Positions 46,566 to 56,185 of a stretch of 58,700 nt of DNA are shown piece by piece (position 1 is the stretch's first letter; each line of letters begins with the position of its first letter). This DNA is from Anaerolineales bacterium (GTDB lineage: Bacteria > Chloroflexota > Anaerolineae > Anaerolineales > JABWBV01): contig DATKDL010000011.1 in assembly GCA_035512695.1 (NCBI GenBank), positions 1 through 58,700 on the forward strand, read 5' to 3'. Made by a program: the position numbers and the translations under genes. The notes beneath the pieces are model-generated. The model made no database searches, was not told where the DNA came from, and saw only the letters and a program-made list of their open reading frames with translations.

Positions 46566-48315
46566 GATCCTGCCCCCCGAAATCGCTTCGCAGATCGCCG
46601 CCGGTGAGGTGGTCGAGCGCCCCGCCTCGGTCGTCAAGGAACTGGTCGAGAACGCCATCGACGCCGGCGCCCGGTCGATCGGGATCAAGATCGAAGGCGC
46701 CGGGCGCGGTTTGATCGAGGTCGCCGATGATGGAGGCGGCATCCCGCCATCCGAACTGGCCCTGGCGGTCGAACGGCATGCGACCAGCAAACTGGTTTCA
46801 TCGGAGGACCTTTTCAGGATCGGATCGCTTGGTTTTCGCGGCGAGGCGCTGGCTTCGATCGGGTCGATCTCCCGATTGACGATCACATCGGCGGTGCGCG
46901 GGGAGGCCGGCGCGGCGCGCCTCCGGGTCGAAGCGGGTCATGCTGTCGGGGTGGAACCGGTCGGCGCGCCGCCAGGCACGCTCGTCCGCGTCGAAGATCT
47001 GTTCTTCAATGTTCCGGCCCGGTTGAAATTTCTGAAAACGGATGCAACCGAGCGGCGGCAGATCTCCGAACTCGTCACCCGCTACGCCCTGGCCTATCCC
47101 GAAATCCGGTTCAGCCTGGACCTGGAAGGCGCTTCTACCATCCGGACGACCGGATCCGGAGACCGGCGAGACGCGCTCACCGCGCTGTACGGACCGGAGA
47201 TCGCCCGCCAGATGCTGGTGTTGGACAGCGAACAAGATGGCTTCCGGCTGGAGGGTTTCACAAGCACGACCGGGTTGACCCGCTCAAACCGCCGGGAGAT
47301 CACGATCTTCGTGAACGGCCGCCTGGTGCAAGAGGCCGGGCTGGCCACGGCGTTGATCCAGGCCTATCACACAATGCTGATGGTCGGCCGGTACCCGATG
47401 GCGTTTTTGTTTCTCACCCTTCCCCCCGAGACGGTGGATGTCAACGTGCATCCGGCCAAATCTGAGATCCGATTGCGCGACCGGAACCGGGTCTTCACCG
47501 ATCTTCAGCGCAGCGTCCGCAGGGCCCTGCTGGCGCACACCCCGGTCCACGGCGTGGAAACGCCGGGCAATTTACGCTGGGGTCTGCCGGATGCGGAACC
47601 GGGCCGGGGAGATGACCGTCCCGTGTGGGGCGGCGGCCGTCCCGTCTGGGGCGGTGGGACGTCCGGCCCGCTGCCGTATTCACAACCGTCGGCTTCCGAT
47701 GTACCGCAGCCCGCTTTTCCGGAGCGGGGGCACATCCCGCTGCTGCGGCTGATTGGACAGATCGCGTCTGCCTACCTGGTTGCGGAAGGGCCGGACGGGC
47801 TGTACCTGATCGACCAGCACGCTGCCCACGAGCGAGTGCTGTTCGAGCGCTTGATGGGCCAGCGCCGGGGTGAAATCGCATCCCAGGCGCTGCTCGCGCC
47901 GGAGGCCATCGACCTGCCCCCGCACCAATCGGGCCTGGTGGCCGGACAGCTTGAGACCCTGGCCGGGCTGGGGTTTGAAGTCGAGCAGTTCGGGGGGCAC
48001 ACTTTCCTGGTGCGCGCCCTGCCGGCGCTCCTGGCCGGGCTTTCGCCGGACGCGGCGCTGCGCGTCCTGGTGGAGGATTTCGAGGAGGACGAGACCCCAC
48101 TCGGCGCCGAGCAGGAGGCGCGGATCATCGCCCGGGTTTGCAAGCGGGCGGCGGTCAAGGCAGGCCAGGTCCTTTCGACCGCCGAGCAGGAGGCTTTGCT
48201 GCGCGACCTGGAGCGCTGCGATTCCCCACGCACCTGTCCTCACGGGCGGCCGACGATGATCCACCTCTCCGTCGATCTGCTCGAACGGCAGTTTGGCCGG
48301 CGCGGGGCGCGCTGA
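46555..48315 (+). CDS. mutL: DNA mismatch repair endonuclease MutL
   Basis: IAAGEVVERPASVVKELVENAIDAG, GFRGEALASI, VDVNVHPAK, DQHAAHER, CPHGRP. Confidence 0.97.
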   Translation: MKIRILPPEIASQIAAGEVVERPASVVKELVENAIDAGARSIGIKIEGAGRGLIEVADDGGGIPPSELALAVERHATSKLVSSEDLFRIGSLGFRGEALASIGSISRLTITSAVRGEAGAARLRVEAGHAVGVEPVGAPPGTLVRVEDLFFNVPARLKFLKTDATERRQISELVTRYALAYPEIRFSLDLEGASTIRTTGSGDRRDALTALYGPEIARQMLVLDSEQDGFRLEGFTSTTGLTRSNRREITIFVNGRLVQEAGLATALIQAYHTMLMVGRYPMAFLFLTLPPETVDVNVHPAKSEIRLRDRNRVFTDLQRSVRRALLAHTPVHGVETPGNLRWGLPDAEPGRGDDRPVWGGGRPVWGGGTSGPLPYSQPSASDVPQPAFPERGHIPLLRLIGQIASAYLVAEGPDGLYLIDQHAAHERVLFERLMGQRRGEIASQALLAPEAIDLPPHQSGLVAGQLETLAGLGFEVEQFGGHTFLVRALPALLAGLSPDAALRVLVEDFEEDETPLGAEQEARIIARVCKRAAVKAGQVLSTAEQEALLRDLERCDSPRTCPHGRPTMIHLSVDLLERQFGRRGAR

Positions 48316-48330
48316 CCGGGAGACGGCGGT

Positions 48331-49287
48331 TTGAGAGCGATCCGGCTGCAGCAAGGGCGAATTTCACTGGTCGAGACCCCACCGCCGATTCCGGCGGAAG
48401 GGGAGGCGCTGGTCGCCGTCCGGTTGGCCGGCATCTGCGCGACCGATCTGGAACTGATCAAAGGTTACTACCCGTTTGAGGGCGTGTTGGGCCACGAATT
48501 TGTCGGGGAAGTGGTCGCGGCAGCCGGAAGATCGGACCTGATCGGCGCGCGGGTCGTGGGCGAAATCAACGCGGTCTGCGGGGCGTGCGCCGCCTGCCGG
48601 CGTGGGGACCGTTCGCACTGCGAGGACCGAACCGTCCTTGGGATCTCCGGCCGGGATGGGGCTTTTGCCGAATACCTAACGCTTCCGTTTGAAAACCTTC
48701 ACCGGGTTCCGAATGAAATTTCGGACCAGGTGGCCGTTTTTACCGAACCGGTCGCAGCCGCGCTTGAAATCCTGGAGCAGATCCCCATCGGGGACGGCGT
48801 TCGGGTTCTCCTGGTCGGGGCCGGGCGTTTGGGCCAGGTGATCGCCCGAGTCCTCGCCGGCACGGGCTGCGATCTGACCGTCGTCGCAAAATATCCCGTC
48901 CAGCGCGATCTCCTGGAAGCGGTCGGAATCCGGACGGCAGATCCGTTGAAGACTGTCGGTTCCGGTTTTGACCTGGTTGTCGAAGCCACCGGATCGCAGG
49001 CCGGTTTTGAAACCGCTCGCCGGTACGTGCGGCCGCGCGGGACGATCGTGTTGAAGTCGACCTACGCCGGACGGATCGAGGTCGACTTTTCGGCCGTCGT
49101 GGTGGATGAGATCACCCTGATCGGTTCGCGCTGCGGTCCGTTCGACAAAGCCCTGGCCGTCCTGTTTTCCGGAGCGATCGATCCGCGCCCCCTCATCGAT
49201 TCTATCCACCCGCTCGAGCTGGGGGTCGATGCGATCGAGGAAGCTGGGGAGCCGGGGAAGATGAAGGTATTAATCGAGAATCGATAA
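48331..49287 (+). CDS. Zn-dependent alcohol dehydrogenase (MDR family)
   Basis: GICATD, GHEFVG, CGACAAC...HC, GAGRLG. Confidence 0.92.
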   Translation: MRAIRLQQGRISLVETPPPIPAEGEALVAVRLAGICATDLELIKGYYPFEGVLGHEFVGEVVAAAGRSDLIGARVVGEINAVCGACAACRRGDRSHCEDRTVLGISGRDGAFAEYLTLPFENLHRVPNEISDQVAVFTEPVAAALEILEQIPIGDGVRVLLVGAGRLGQVIARVLAGTGCDLTVVAKYPVQRDLLEAVGIRTADPLKTVGSGFDLVVEATGSQAGFETARRYVRPRGTIVLKSTYAGRIEVDFSAVVVDEITLIGSRCGPFDKALAVLFSGAIDPRPLIDSIHPLELGVDAIEEAGEPGKMKVLIENR

Positions 49288-49352
49288 TCAAAACCGATCA
49301 TCAACCCATACTGTTTGATTATCGATTTGGATTCTCGATTCTCAATTCTCGA
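49272..49352. repeat. Inverted heptamer-like arrays (aatcgag / attctcg) spanning two convergent stop codons
   Basis: aatcgagaatcgataatcaaa ... tttgattatcgatttggattctcgattctcaattctcg. Confidence 0.7.
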
Positions 49353-50541
49353 ATTCTTTTTTTATTGGAAACTTTACCGTAAACCGGGTGCCGGTGTTGA
49401 CCTGGCTTTCGACTTCGATTTCCCCCGCGTGCGCCTGGACGATCCGGTAAACGATTGCCAGTCCGAGCCCGCTCCCTGCCGCCATGTGTTTCGTCCCGGG
49501 AACCCGGTAGAATTTTTCAAAAACACGTGGAAGACTCTCCGGAGGGATGCCGGGTCCGGTGTCTTCGACGGACAGGAAAACATTTTCCCCGTCGTCCCAG
49601 GCGGCCAGGATGATCTTGCCCCCTTTGCGGTTGTACTTGATCGCGTTGTTGACCAGATTAAGCAGCACCTGGGCGAGACGCGCCGGATCGCCGGATATGG
49701 TCGGCAGCGCATCCGGGACGTCCACGGCGATCGTCAGCCCGGCTACCGCGATGCTGCCCGAGATGCCTTCCAGGCAATCCCGAACCAGCTGGCGGATATC
49801 CACTTCGACCACGTCGAACATCATGCGGCCCGAATCGAGGTGAGCCAGGTCCAGGAACTCGGCTGTCATCTCCGATAGGCGGTCGGTTTCCCGCTGGATC
49901 GTCTGCACGATATCCTCCTTGTCGGCCGCGTTCAATTCCGGTCTGCGGAGCAAATGGATGGCGGCTTTAAGGGCTGCGAGTGGGGTGCGGAGTTCGTGCA
50001 CCAGTTCGGTGATCAGGTCGGACTGGGTGAACAGCCGTGCATTCTCGATCGCGACCGCCGCCTGGGAACCCAGAGTCATGAGGACTTCCTTGTCCTCCTC
50101 TGTAAAGCGCCCATCGGCTTTGTTGATCGTTTCGAGCACCCCGATGACCTGGTCTTTGACGATGAGCGGGACGCCCAGGAGCGAGAGGGTAGGTGTTTGC
50201 GAGGCGGCCTGGACCCCGGCGAAGAAGCGCGGGTCTGTGCTCGGATCGTCGACGATCAGCGGTTTGGCGTTGGTCAGGATCCAACCCGCGATGCTGCTCT
50301 CGACCGGCACTGCCAGGCCCCGCATCAGGGGGTGGTCCAGGTTGCTGGACGCTTGAAAGTGCAGCGAGTTCCGGGTTTCATCATAGAGCAGGATGGCGGC
50401 TGCCTGTGAGCCGGTGAGATCGGTGGCAGTGACGGTGATCCGGTTAAGCAAAAGATCGAGTTCCAGCGTGGAAGCCAGGTCGCGCGAGATCTCGATCAAC
50501 CGCTGGTAGCGGGTCATGAGGGATGAATCGGAATCAGCCAC
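49342..50541 (-). CDS. GAF-domain sensor histidine kinase (HisKA)
   Basis: GAF (LLGVPLIVKDQVIGVLETINK), HELRTPL, NLVNNAIKY, DTGPGI, GSGLGL. Confidence 0.93.
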   Translation of the reverse strand: MADSDSSLMTRYQRLIEISRDLASTLELDLLLNRITVTATDLTGSQAAAILLYDETRNSLHFQASSNLDHPLMRGLAVPVESSIAGWILTNAKPLIVDDPSTDPRFFAGVQAASQTPTLSLLGVPLIVKDQVIGVLETINKADGRFTEEDKEVLMTLGSQAAVAIENARLFTQSDLITELVHELRTPLAALKAAIHLLRRPELNAADKEDIVQTIQRETDRLSEMTAEFLDLAHLDSGRMMFDVVEVDIRQLVRDCLEGISGSIAVAGLTIAVDVPDALPTISGDPARLAQVLLNLVNNAIKYNRKGGKIILAAWDDGENVFLSVEDTGPGIPPESLPRVFEKFYRVPGTKHMAAGSGLGLAIVYRIVQAHAGEIEVESQVNTGTRFTVKFPIKKEFEN

Positions 50542-51298
50542 GCGCTTGCACCTCCGCCGCGATCGCCGGCAGGATCGCTTCCACACGCCCGCGCAGGACG
50601 ACGGCGGCCGCGTGGTCGATCGGAATCGGCGTGGCATTGATCGTGATCAAGGGAGCCAGATGGTCGGCTGCCAGTTTGGGCAGCCGGGCTGCCGGATGGA
50701 CTTCCAGCGAGGTCCCGGCGACGATCATCAAATCGCAATCCAGGCAGGCCGCCTCGGCGGTCCGCCAGCTTTCGTACGGCAGCTCTTCGCCGAATAGAAT
50801 TGCACTCGGTTTGAGGACACACCGGCAGTCCGGGCAGCGCGGCACGCCGTTTTCCGGAAGGGGGGGTTCGGCCGCATCCGCCGCGGTGTGGGTTCTCCGG
50901 CAGCCTGTGCAGATCAACGTGCGGAAGTTGCCGTGGAGTTCGATCACCCGGCTGGACCCGGCCTTATTGTGCAGATCGTCGATGTTTTGGGTGATGACGG
51001 TCAGGTGTTTTCCGGGCCGTTCGAGGGCGCGCAGCGCCAGGTGCGCCGGGTTCGGCGACGCGGCCGAAATCCGGGCGGCGACGGGACGCGCCCATTCGTA
51101 GAAACGTTCCGGTGCGGAACGAAATCCGGATAGGGTGGCCACTTCCATCGGATCCTGCGTCTTCCAGAGCCCGTCCTCCGCGGAGCGAAAATCCGGGATG
51201 CCCGATGCGGTAGAAAGACCGGCCCCGGTGAACGCGACGATACGATCCGCGCGATAAACTAGTTCTGCGGCTCGGCGGATTTCGGTCTCAGTAAGCAC
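50534..51298 (-). CDS. cobB: NAD-dependent protein deacylase (sirtuin)
   Basis: TGAGLSTASGIPDFR, TQNIDDLH, ELHG, CTGC...CPDC, GTSL. Confidence 0.93.
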   Translation of the reverse strand: MLTETEIRRAAELVYRADRIVAFTGAGLSTASGIPDFRSAEDGLWKTQDPMEVATLSGFRSAPERFYEWARPVAARISAASPNPAHLALRALERPGKHLTVITQNIDDLHNKAGSSRVIELHGNFRTLICTGCRRTHTAADAAEPPLPENGVPRCPDCRCVLKPSAILFGEELPYESWRTAEAACLDCDLMIVAGTSLEVHPAARLPKLAADHLAPLITINATPIPIDHAAAVVLRGRVEAILPAIAAEVQARG

Positions 51299-51303
51299 AG
51301 GGT

Positions 51304-52467
51304 TTATTCTCTTGATATCGCGACCGATTCGGCGAGCTTCCGAAACTGATCTGCGAATGCGCCGTCCGGGTGGAGAAGGAGGATCGGCGTGCCTTTTTCG
51401 AAGGCCCGGTAAGCCAGATCCGGAATCGGTGGAACGATTGCCGCCACGCTGTGACCGAGCCCGGTTTCAAGCTCCCGGGGTGTCGGTTCACGTTCGAGCC
51501 TGGCCCGGTTGACCAGGGCGATCTGGATCGCCCCCAACCCCAGGACCTTCATGCGCAGCTCATCGAGCAGCACCCGGGTCTGCGCGATCGTGGCCGGGCC
51601 TGGATCGATCACAACCACGACGCTGTCCGTTTTATCCAAAACCTTTTCACTGCCCAGGGTGATTCCGGACCCCAGGTCGACGACGACATGATCGAACATG
51701 CGCGCTAAACACTCCACGACCGCCGCCATCTGATCACCGGATGAGCGGTATTTCGCATCGTTCGGCAGGTAGGATGCCGGTAAGAAATTCAGTCCGCTTT
51801 CGTGCCGGATCAAAGCGCCGCGCAAATCGGTTTCGGAAATGGCCGCCGGGTTCTTTCGAAGGAGCACGGTCAGATCGTTTGGTTCGTTAACACCAAACAT
51901 AAAACCCAACGAACCGGTCCCCGGGACCAGCTCCACGACGGTGACCGCATCGCCGCTCGCGCGCTGCAGTGCCAGCGCGAGATTGGCGGCGACGGTCGTG
52001 ACGCCAAGCCCACCGCGCGCCCCAATCACGCTGATGACGTTTCCCTTTTGTCCCGATACCGGCGGTTCGGCCGCCGGCGGTTTCTTACCGGTAGAACGGG
52101 ATAAAAGATTCCGGACCCGGGCAGTCAGTTCGGCAGGATGGGTCGGTTTGGTGAGATAATCGTCGGCGCTGGCTTCGAACCCGGTCACTTTGTCTTCGAC
52201 ATGCGATTTGGCGGTGAACATGATGATCGGGATATCGGAGGTGTCAGCATTCGACCGAAGCCGTTTGAGGACCTCAATCCCATCCATCTCGGGCATCATC
52301 ACGTCCAGCAAGATCAGGTCGGGGTGCTCCAGGTGGGCTTTTTCAAGCGCCTGGACGCCATTGTCGGCAGCCGAAATCTGGTAGCCTTTCCGCTCCAAGA
52401 GCAGACCGACCAGGCGCAAAGTGTCCAGATCATCATCGACGATCAGTATTTTTTTGGTCATTTCCAT
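51304..52467 (-). CDS. Receiver domain fused to CpaE/MinD-like ATPase domain
   Basis: ILIVDDD, PDLILLDVMMP, DDYLTKP; deviant Walker A GARGGLGVTT; HVVVDLG. Confidence 0.85.
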   Translation of the reverse strand: MEMTKKILIVDDDLDTLRLVGLLLERKGYQISAADNGVQALEKAHLEHPDLILLDVMMPEMDGIEVLKRLRSNADTSDIPIIMFTAKSHVEDKVTGFEASADDYLTKPTHPAELTARVRNLLSRSTGKKPPAAEPPVSGQKGNVISVIGARGGLGVTTVAANLALALQRASGDAVTVVELVPGTGSLGFMFGVNEPNDLTVLLRKNPAAISETDLRGALIRHESGLNFLPASYLPNDAKYRSSGDQMAAVVECLARMFDHVVVDLGSGITLGSEKVLDKTDSVVVVIDPGPATIAQTRVLLDELRMKVLGLGAIQIALVNRARLEREPTPRELETGLGHSVAAIVPPIPDLAYRAFEKGTPILLLHPDGAFADQFRKLAESVAISRE

Positions 52468-52538
52468 CCTGATGAAACTTGTTGCAGTCTAGCATAAAGA
52501 AATGGAGAGAGCAAGACTGCGGTGGTATTATCTCTCGC

Positions 52539-53942
52539 ATGCTGACGGAAGTAGCGCATACGATTGAGGAGAAGGGGCTTTTGAAAGGCCGCGGACCGGT
52601 GATCGTTGGTGTATCCGGGGGGATGGACAGTGTGGCGCTGTTGCATTGTCTCGTCGGATTGGGATATCCGGTCGTCTGTGCGCATTTTGACCATCGATTG
52701 AGGCCTTCCAGCGGGGCCGAGAAGGAACTGGTCGAAACCGCCGCGCGCCGGCTGGACGCGCCGTTTGAAACCGGGTCGGGAGATGTCCTGGATTTTGCAG
52801 AAAAAGCCGGGCTTGGGGTGGAAGCGGCTGCCAGGCGCCTGCGATACCGTTTCCTGTTCGACCTGGCTCGCCGGGCAGGCGCCCGGAGCGTGGCAACCGC
52901 CCATACCGCGGACGATCAAGTGGAGACCGTCCTGATGCATTTTCTCCGTGGGTCCGGTCTGCGCGGTCTGCGCGGGATGCTTCCCGAAACGATCCTGTCC
53001 GAATTCGACTCGCGGATCCCGCTGGCGCGTCCGATGTTGGGCGTATGGCGGGAGCAGATCGCCGCCTTTCGCACCGCAACGGGTTTCGACTTCGTCGAAG
53101 ATGATTCCAACCTGGATCCGGCCTATTTTCGGAACCGGGTCCGGCATGAAATCATCCCCTATCTGGCCCGGTCGAATCCCAACTTGCCCGAGACCCTACT
53201 GCGGTCGGCGCAGGCGCTCGCCGCAGATGATGACGCGCTCGAATGGGCGGCCCGTGAGGCCTGGGATGATGCTTTGAGGTCTCGCTCGGAGGAATGGGTC
53301 GAGTTCAGGTTCCCCATAATTGCCTCCCTGCCCGCGGGTCTGCGGGTGCGGCTGCTCCGGAGGGCGATCGGCCTGCTGCGCGGCGGGATTGAAGAGATCG
53401 ATTACGAATCTGCCCGGCGGGCGCACCGGCTGATCGACGCCCCGCGATCGACGGCCGTCTGCGATCTGATCGGGGGGCTCAAGTTGATCCGAGAACACGA
53501 TCGCTTATGGGTGGCGGCGGGAGCGGAAGACCTACCGACGGACGCCTGGCCGCAAATTGCCGGGGCGGGTGAGATCGGTCCTTCTGCCGGACAGCTCGAC
53601 CTGGCGGGAGATTGGATCCTGGCGCTCGAACCGGATCGAGGCGAGCGGGCCGAGCCGTCGCGTTTTGAAATTGTGCTCGACCCTGCCGCCCTGGATTTTC
53701 CGCTGACCGTACGTGGACGGCTGCCCGGTGATCGCTTTTCGGCGTCGGGAATGGGGGGGCGGTCGAAGCGGCTGTCGGATGCGATGATCGATTGGAAGAT
53801 CCCGAGGCGGCTGCGGAAGCGCTGGCCGATCCTCGTCTCCGGTGGTCGGATCATCTGGGTGCCGGGTTATCGACCAGGGGAAGGCGTTGCGGCGGGTCCG
53901 GACACGGCCGGACCCCTCCGGTTGAAGCTATTTCGGCGTTGA
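52539..53942 (+). CDS. tilS: tRNA(Ile)-lysidine synthetase
   Basis: GVSGGMDS, EAAARRLRY, TAHTADDQVET, EDDSN, RNRVRH. Confidence 0.96.
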   Translation: MLTEVAHTIEEKGLLKGRGPVIVGVSGGMDSVALLHCLVGLGYPVVCAHFDHRLRPSSGAEKELVETAARRLDAPFETGSGDVLDFAEKAGLGVEAAARRLRYRFLFDLARRAGARSVATAHTADDQVETVLMHFLRGSGLRGLRGMLPETILSEFDSRIPLARPMLGVWREQIAAFRTATGFDFVEDDSNLDPAYFRNRVRHEIIPYLARSNPNLPETLLRSAQALAADDDALEWAAREAWDDALRSRSEEWVEFRFPIIASLPAGLRVRLLRRAIGLLRGGIEEIDYESARRAHRLIDAPRSTAVCDLIGGLKLIREHDRLWVAAGAEDLPTDAWPQIAGAGEIGPSAGQLDLAGDWILALEPDRGERAEPSRFEIVLDPAALDFPLTVRGRLPGDRFSASGMGGRSKRLSDAMIDWKIPRRLRKRWPILVSGGRIIWVPGYRPGEGVAAGPDTAGPLRLKLFRR

Positions 53943-54830
53943 CCTGTCCAGCTTTTCCAGCTTCATACTGATCTCGCGAAACTGGATCTTGGAGATCCCA
54001 AGTTTCTGGCGGATCTTATTCGGCTCAACGCCGGCGCGCAGATCCATCAGCGCGCAGGTCCACCGGCACATCGCGAACGAAATATGTTTGTCCAGTCCTG
54101 CCGTGTCAGACACATCTTCGAGCAGGTATTCAAGCCGCCGCGGCGACCAGGCGAACACGCCGCTGGTCGAGTCCACCGTCGGCAGGTATCGCCGGTACGC
54201 CTCGATCCAATCTTCCGTGAGGGCGATCTTGCGTTCCTTGTAGCGGTGCTGGGCGCTGGGATATTGGACGAACAGGGTCGGGCCCTGCGGTGCTTCGAGG
54301 TCGATGTGCTCGGTGCGGAGGTTGAGCACCTCACTTTTTTTGAGCCCGGTGGTCAGGAGCAGGAGCAGGAGGGTGTAGTGGCGGTGGTCGGGAGAATTGC
54401 CCTGCCGGAAGCCGTCGGCAGCGGTTAGAGCCGAGTCGACCTCGGCAGGAGTGAGGATGACCGGGATAGGGCTGATGACGGATTTCTGTACCACCTTCTC
54501 AGCCGGGTCGACCAGGAGCACCCCGCCACCGTGCAGCCAGCGGAAAAGAGCTTTGACGGACGTGATGCGGCGGGCGAGCGTTTTCGGGCTGCACGGGACG
54601 CCGCGCCCGTCTTGCAGCCACTCGAGGAAATCGTTGAGCTGGGCGGTGGTCACGGTTCCGATCTTGTGACCATCGGGTAGGAATTCCTCGAGCAAACGGA
54701 TATCGGCCGTGAAGGCCTTGATCGTGTGCGGCGATTTGCCCTGGTCTTCAAGATACATCGCCCAGCCTTTGACGGCCGAGTCCAGGGTGCTCTCGCGGTG
54801 GATAAAAGAAGTGGGGGCGGTCTCTGCCAT
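53928..54830 (-). CDS. XerC/XerD-like tyrosine recombinase homolog lacking most catalytic residues
   Basis: N-terminal SAM-like domain (GKSPHTIKAFTADI, SPKTLARRITSVKALFRWL); GLKKSE, FAMCRWT, LGIS; no C-terminal Tyr. Confidence 0.85.
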   Translation of the reverse strand: MAETAPTSFIHRESTLDSAVKGWAMYLEDQGKSPHTIKAFTADIRLLEEFLPDGHKIGTVTTAQLNDFLEWLQDGRGVPCSPKTLARRITSVKALFRWLHGGGVLLVDPAEKVVQKSVISPIPVILTPAEVDSALTAADGFRQGNSPDHRHYTLLLLLLTTGLKKSEVLNLRTEHIDLEAPQGPTLFVQYPSAQHRYKERKIALTEDWIEAYRRYLPTVDSTSGVFAWSPRRLEYLLEDVSDTAGLDKHISFAMCRWTCALMDLRAGVEPNKIRQKLGISKIQFREISMKLEKLDRSTPK

Positions 54831-54952
54831 GCGCGCTCCGGAAACTTATTTTGCGGATAGCTGTTTCGTATAGTCACGATAGTTTAGTGGATATCCGGGG
54901 CTTTGTCAAATCATCGATGGTGCGCAGGTGCCCCCATGATACACTACCCGCC

Positions 54953-56185
54953 ATGCCCGAGTTTTTGAGCCTGGTCCCACCCCCGCAGGCGCTGAAGGTT
55001 CTGCTTGACCACCTGGACCTCCAGGCGAGCGAAGAAACGGTCCCGTCTCGGGAGGCGTTTGGCCGGGTCCTCGCGCAGGACCTGCTCGCACCGCATCCAC
55101 TCCCCGATTTTCCCCGTTCGATCGTGGACGGTTATGCGGTGCGTGCGGGCGACACGTTCGGAGCGAGTGATGCCCTCCCAGCCTATCTGCGGCTTATAGG
55201 CGAGATCCCGATGGGCGGCAGCGCCCCGTTCGAGCTCGCGGCCGGAGAGTGCGCCGTCATTCACACCGGTGGGATGGTCCCACCCGGAGCGGACGCCGTG
55301 GCGATGGTCGAGGATTCCGGCGAGACGCCGGTCGGCGAAATCGAAATCTACCGGGCTGCCGCACCGGGGGAAAACGTGATCCAGGTGGGCGAGGATGTTC
55401 GGGTGGGGGAGGTCGTCATGCGGCGCGGCACGCGGGTCCGCCCGGCCGAAATCGGTGGCTTGATGGCGCTGGGGGTGGCAGCGGTGCGCGTTTCGCGCAA
55501 GCCGAAAGTGGCGATCCTGTCATCCGGAGATGAGGTCGTCCCGCCCGAGGTGGAAACATCGCCGGGCCAGATCCGGGACATAAACTCCTACACGCTGGAG
55601 GCGCTCGTACGCGAGTCAGGCGGAGAACCGGTCCTGGGAGCCATCCTCCCGGACCGGATCGAAGCCTTCCAGGAGGCGGCCGATAAGGCGCTTGCCGGAA
55701 GCGACCTGGTCGTCTTCACGGCCGGCTCCTCGGTCAGTGTGCGGGATCTGACTGCGGAGGTCATCGCAGGCCTGGGTACCCCGGGAGTGCTCGTGCATGG
55801 GGTCAGCGTGCGGCCGGGAAAACCGACGATCCTGGCGGTTTGCGGCGGCAAACCCGTGATCGGGCTTCCGGGCAACCCGGTCAGCGCGCTGGTCATCGCT
55901 CGACTGTTCGTCGTCCCGTTGATCGAGCGCCTGCTGGGGCTCCGCGCGGCGCAGACCACGCCTTCGGTTCCCGCGCGTTTGGCGGCGAACCTGCCGTCAC
56001 AGGCCGGGCGGGAGGATTGGGTCCCGGTGCGGCTGGTCCGCAGCGGGGAGGATCTCCTGGCGGAGCCCGTCTACGGGCGAAGTGGGCTGATCTTCACCCT
56101 GGCGCGCGCGGATGGCCTGGTCCGGGTACCGGCGTCCGCCAATGGGCTGCCGGCGGGTGAAGCCGTCGTCGTCTACCTGCTTTAG
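54953..56185 (+). CDS. moeA: Molybdopterin molybdenumtransferase (gephyrin-like)
   Basis: GRVLAQD, RSIVDGYAV, IHTGG, SSGDE, RPGKP, GLPGNPVSA. Confidence 0.95.
   Translation: MPEFLSLVPPPQALKVLLDHLDLQASEETVPSREAFGRVLAQDLLAPHPLPDFPRSIVDGYAVRAGDTFGASDALPAYLRLIGEIPMGGSAPFELAAGECAVIHTGGMVPPGADAVAMVEDSGETPVGEIEIYRAAAPGENVIQVGEDVRVGEVVMRRGTRVRPAEIGGLMALGVAAVRVSRKPKVAILSSGDEVVPPEVETSPGQIRDINSYTLEALVRESGGEPVLGAILPDRIEAFQEAADKALAGSDLVVFTAGSSVSVRDLTAEVIAGLGTPGVLVHGVSVRPGKPTILAVCGGKPVIGLPGNPVSALVIARLFVVPLIERLLGLRAAQTTPSVPARLAANLPSQAGREDWVPVRLVRSGEDLLAEPVYGRSGLIFTLARADGLVRVPASANGLPAGEAVVVYLL

Noticed and set aside
53928..54830. Integrase marking a prophage or ICE
   Set aside because: No phage or conjugation genes, no att repeats, housekeeping flanks and missing catalytic residues.
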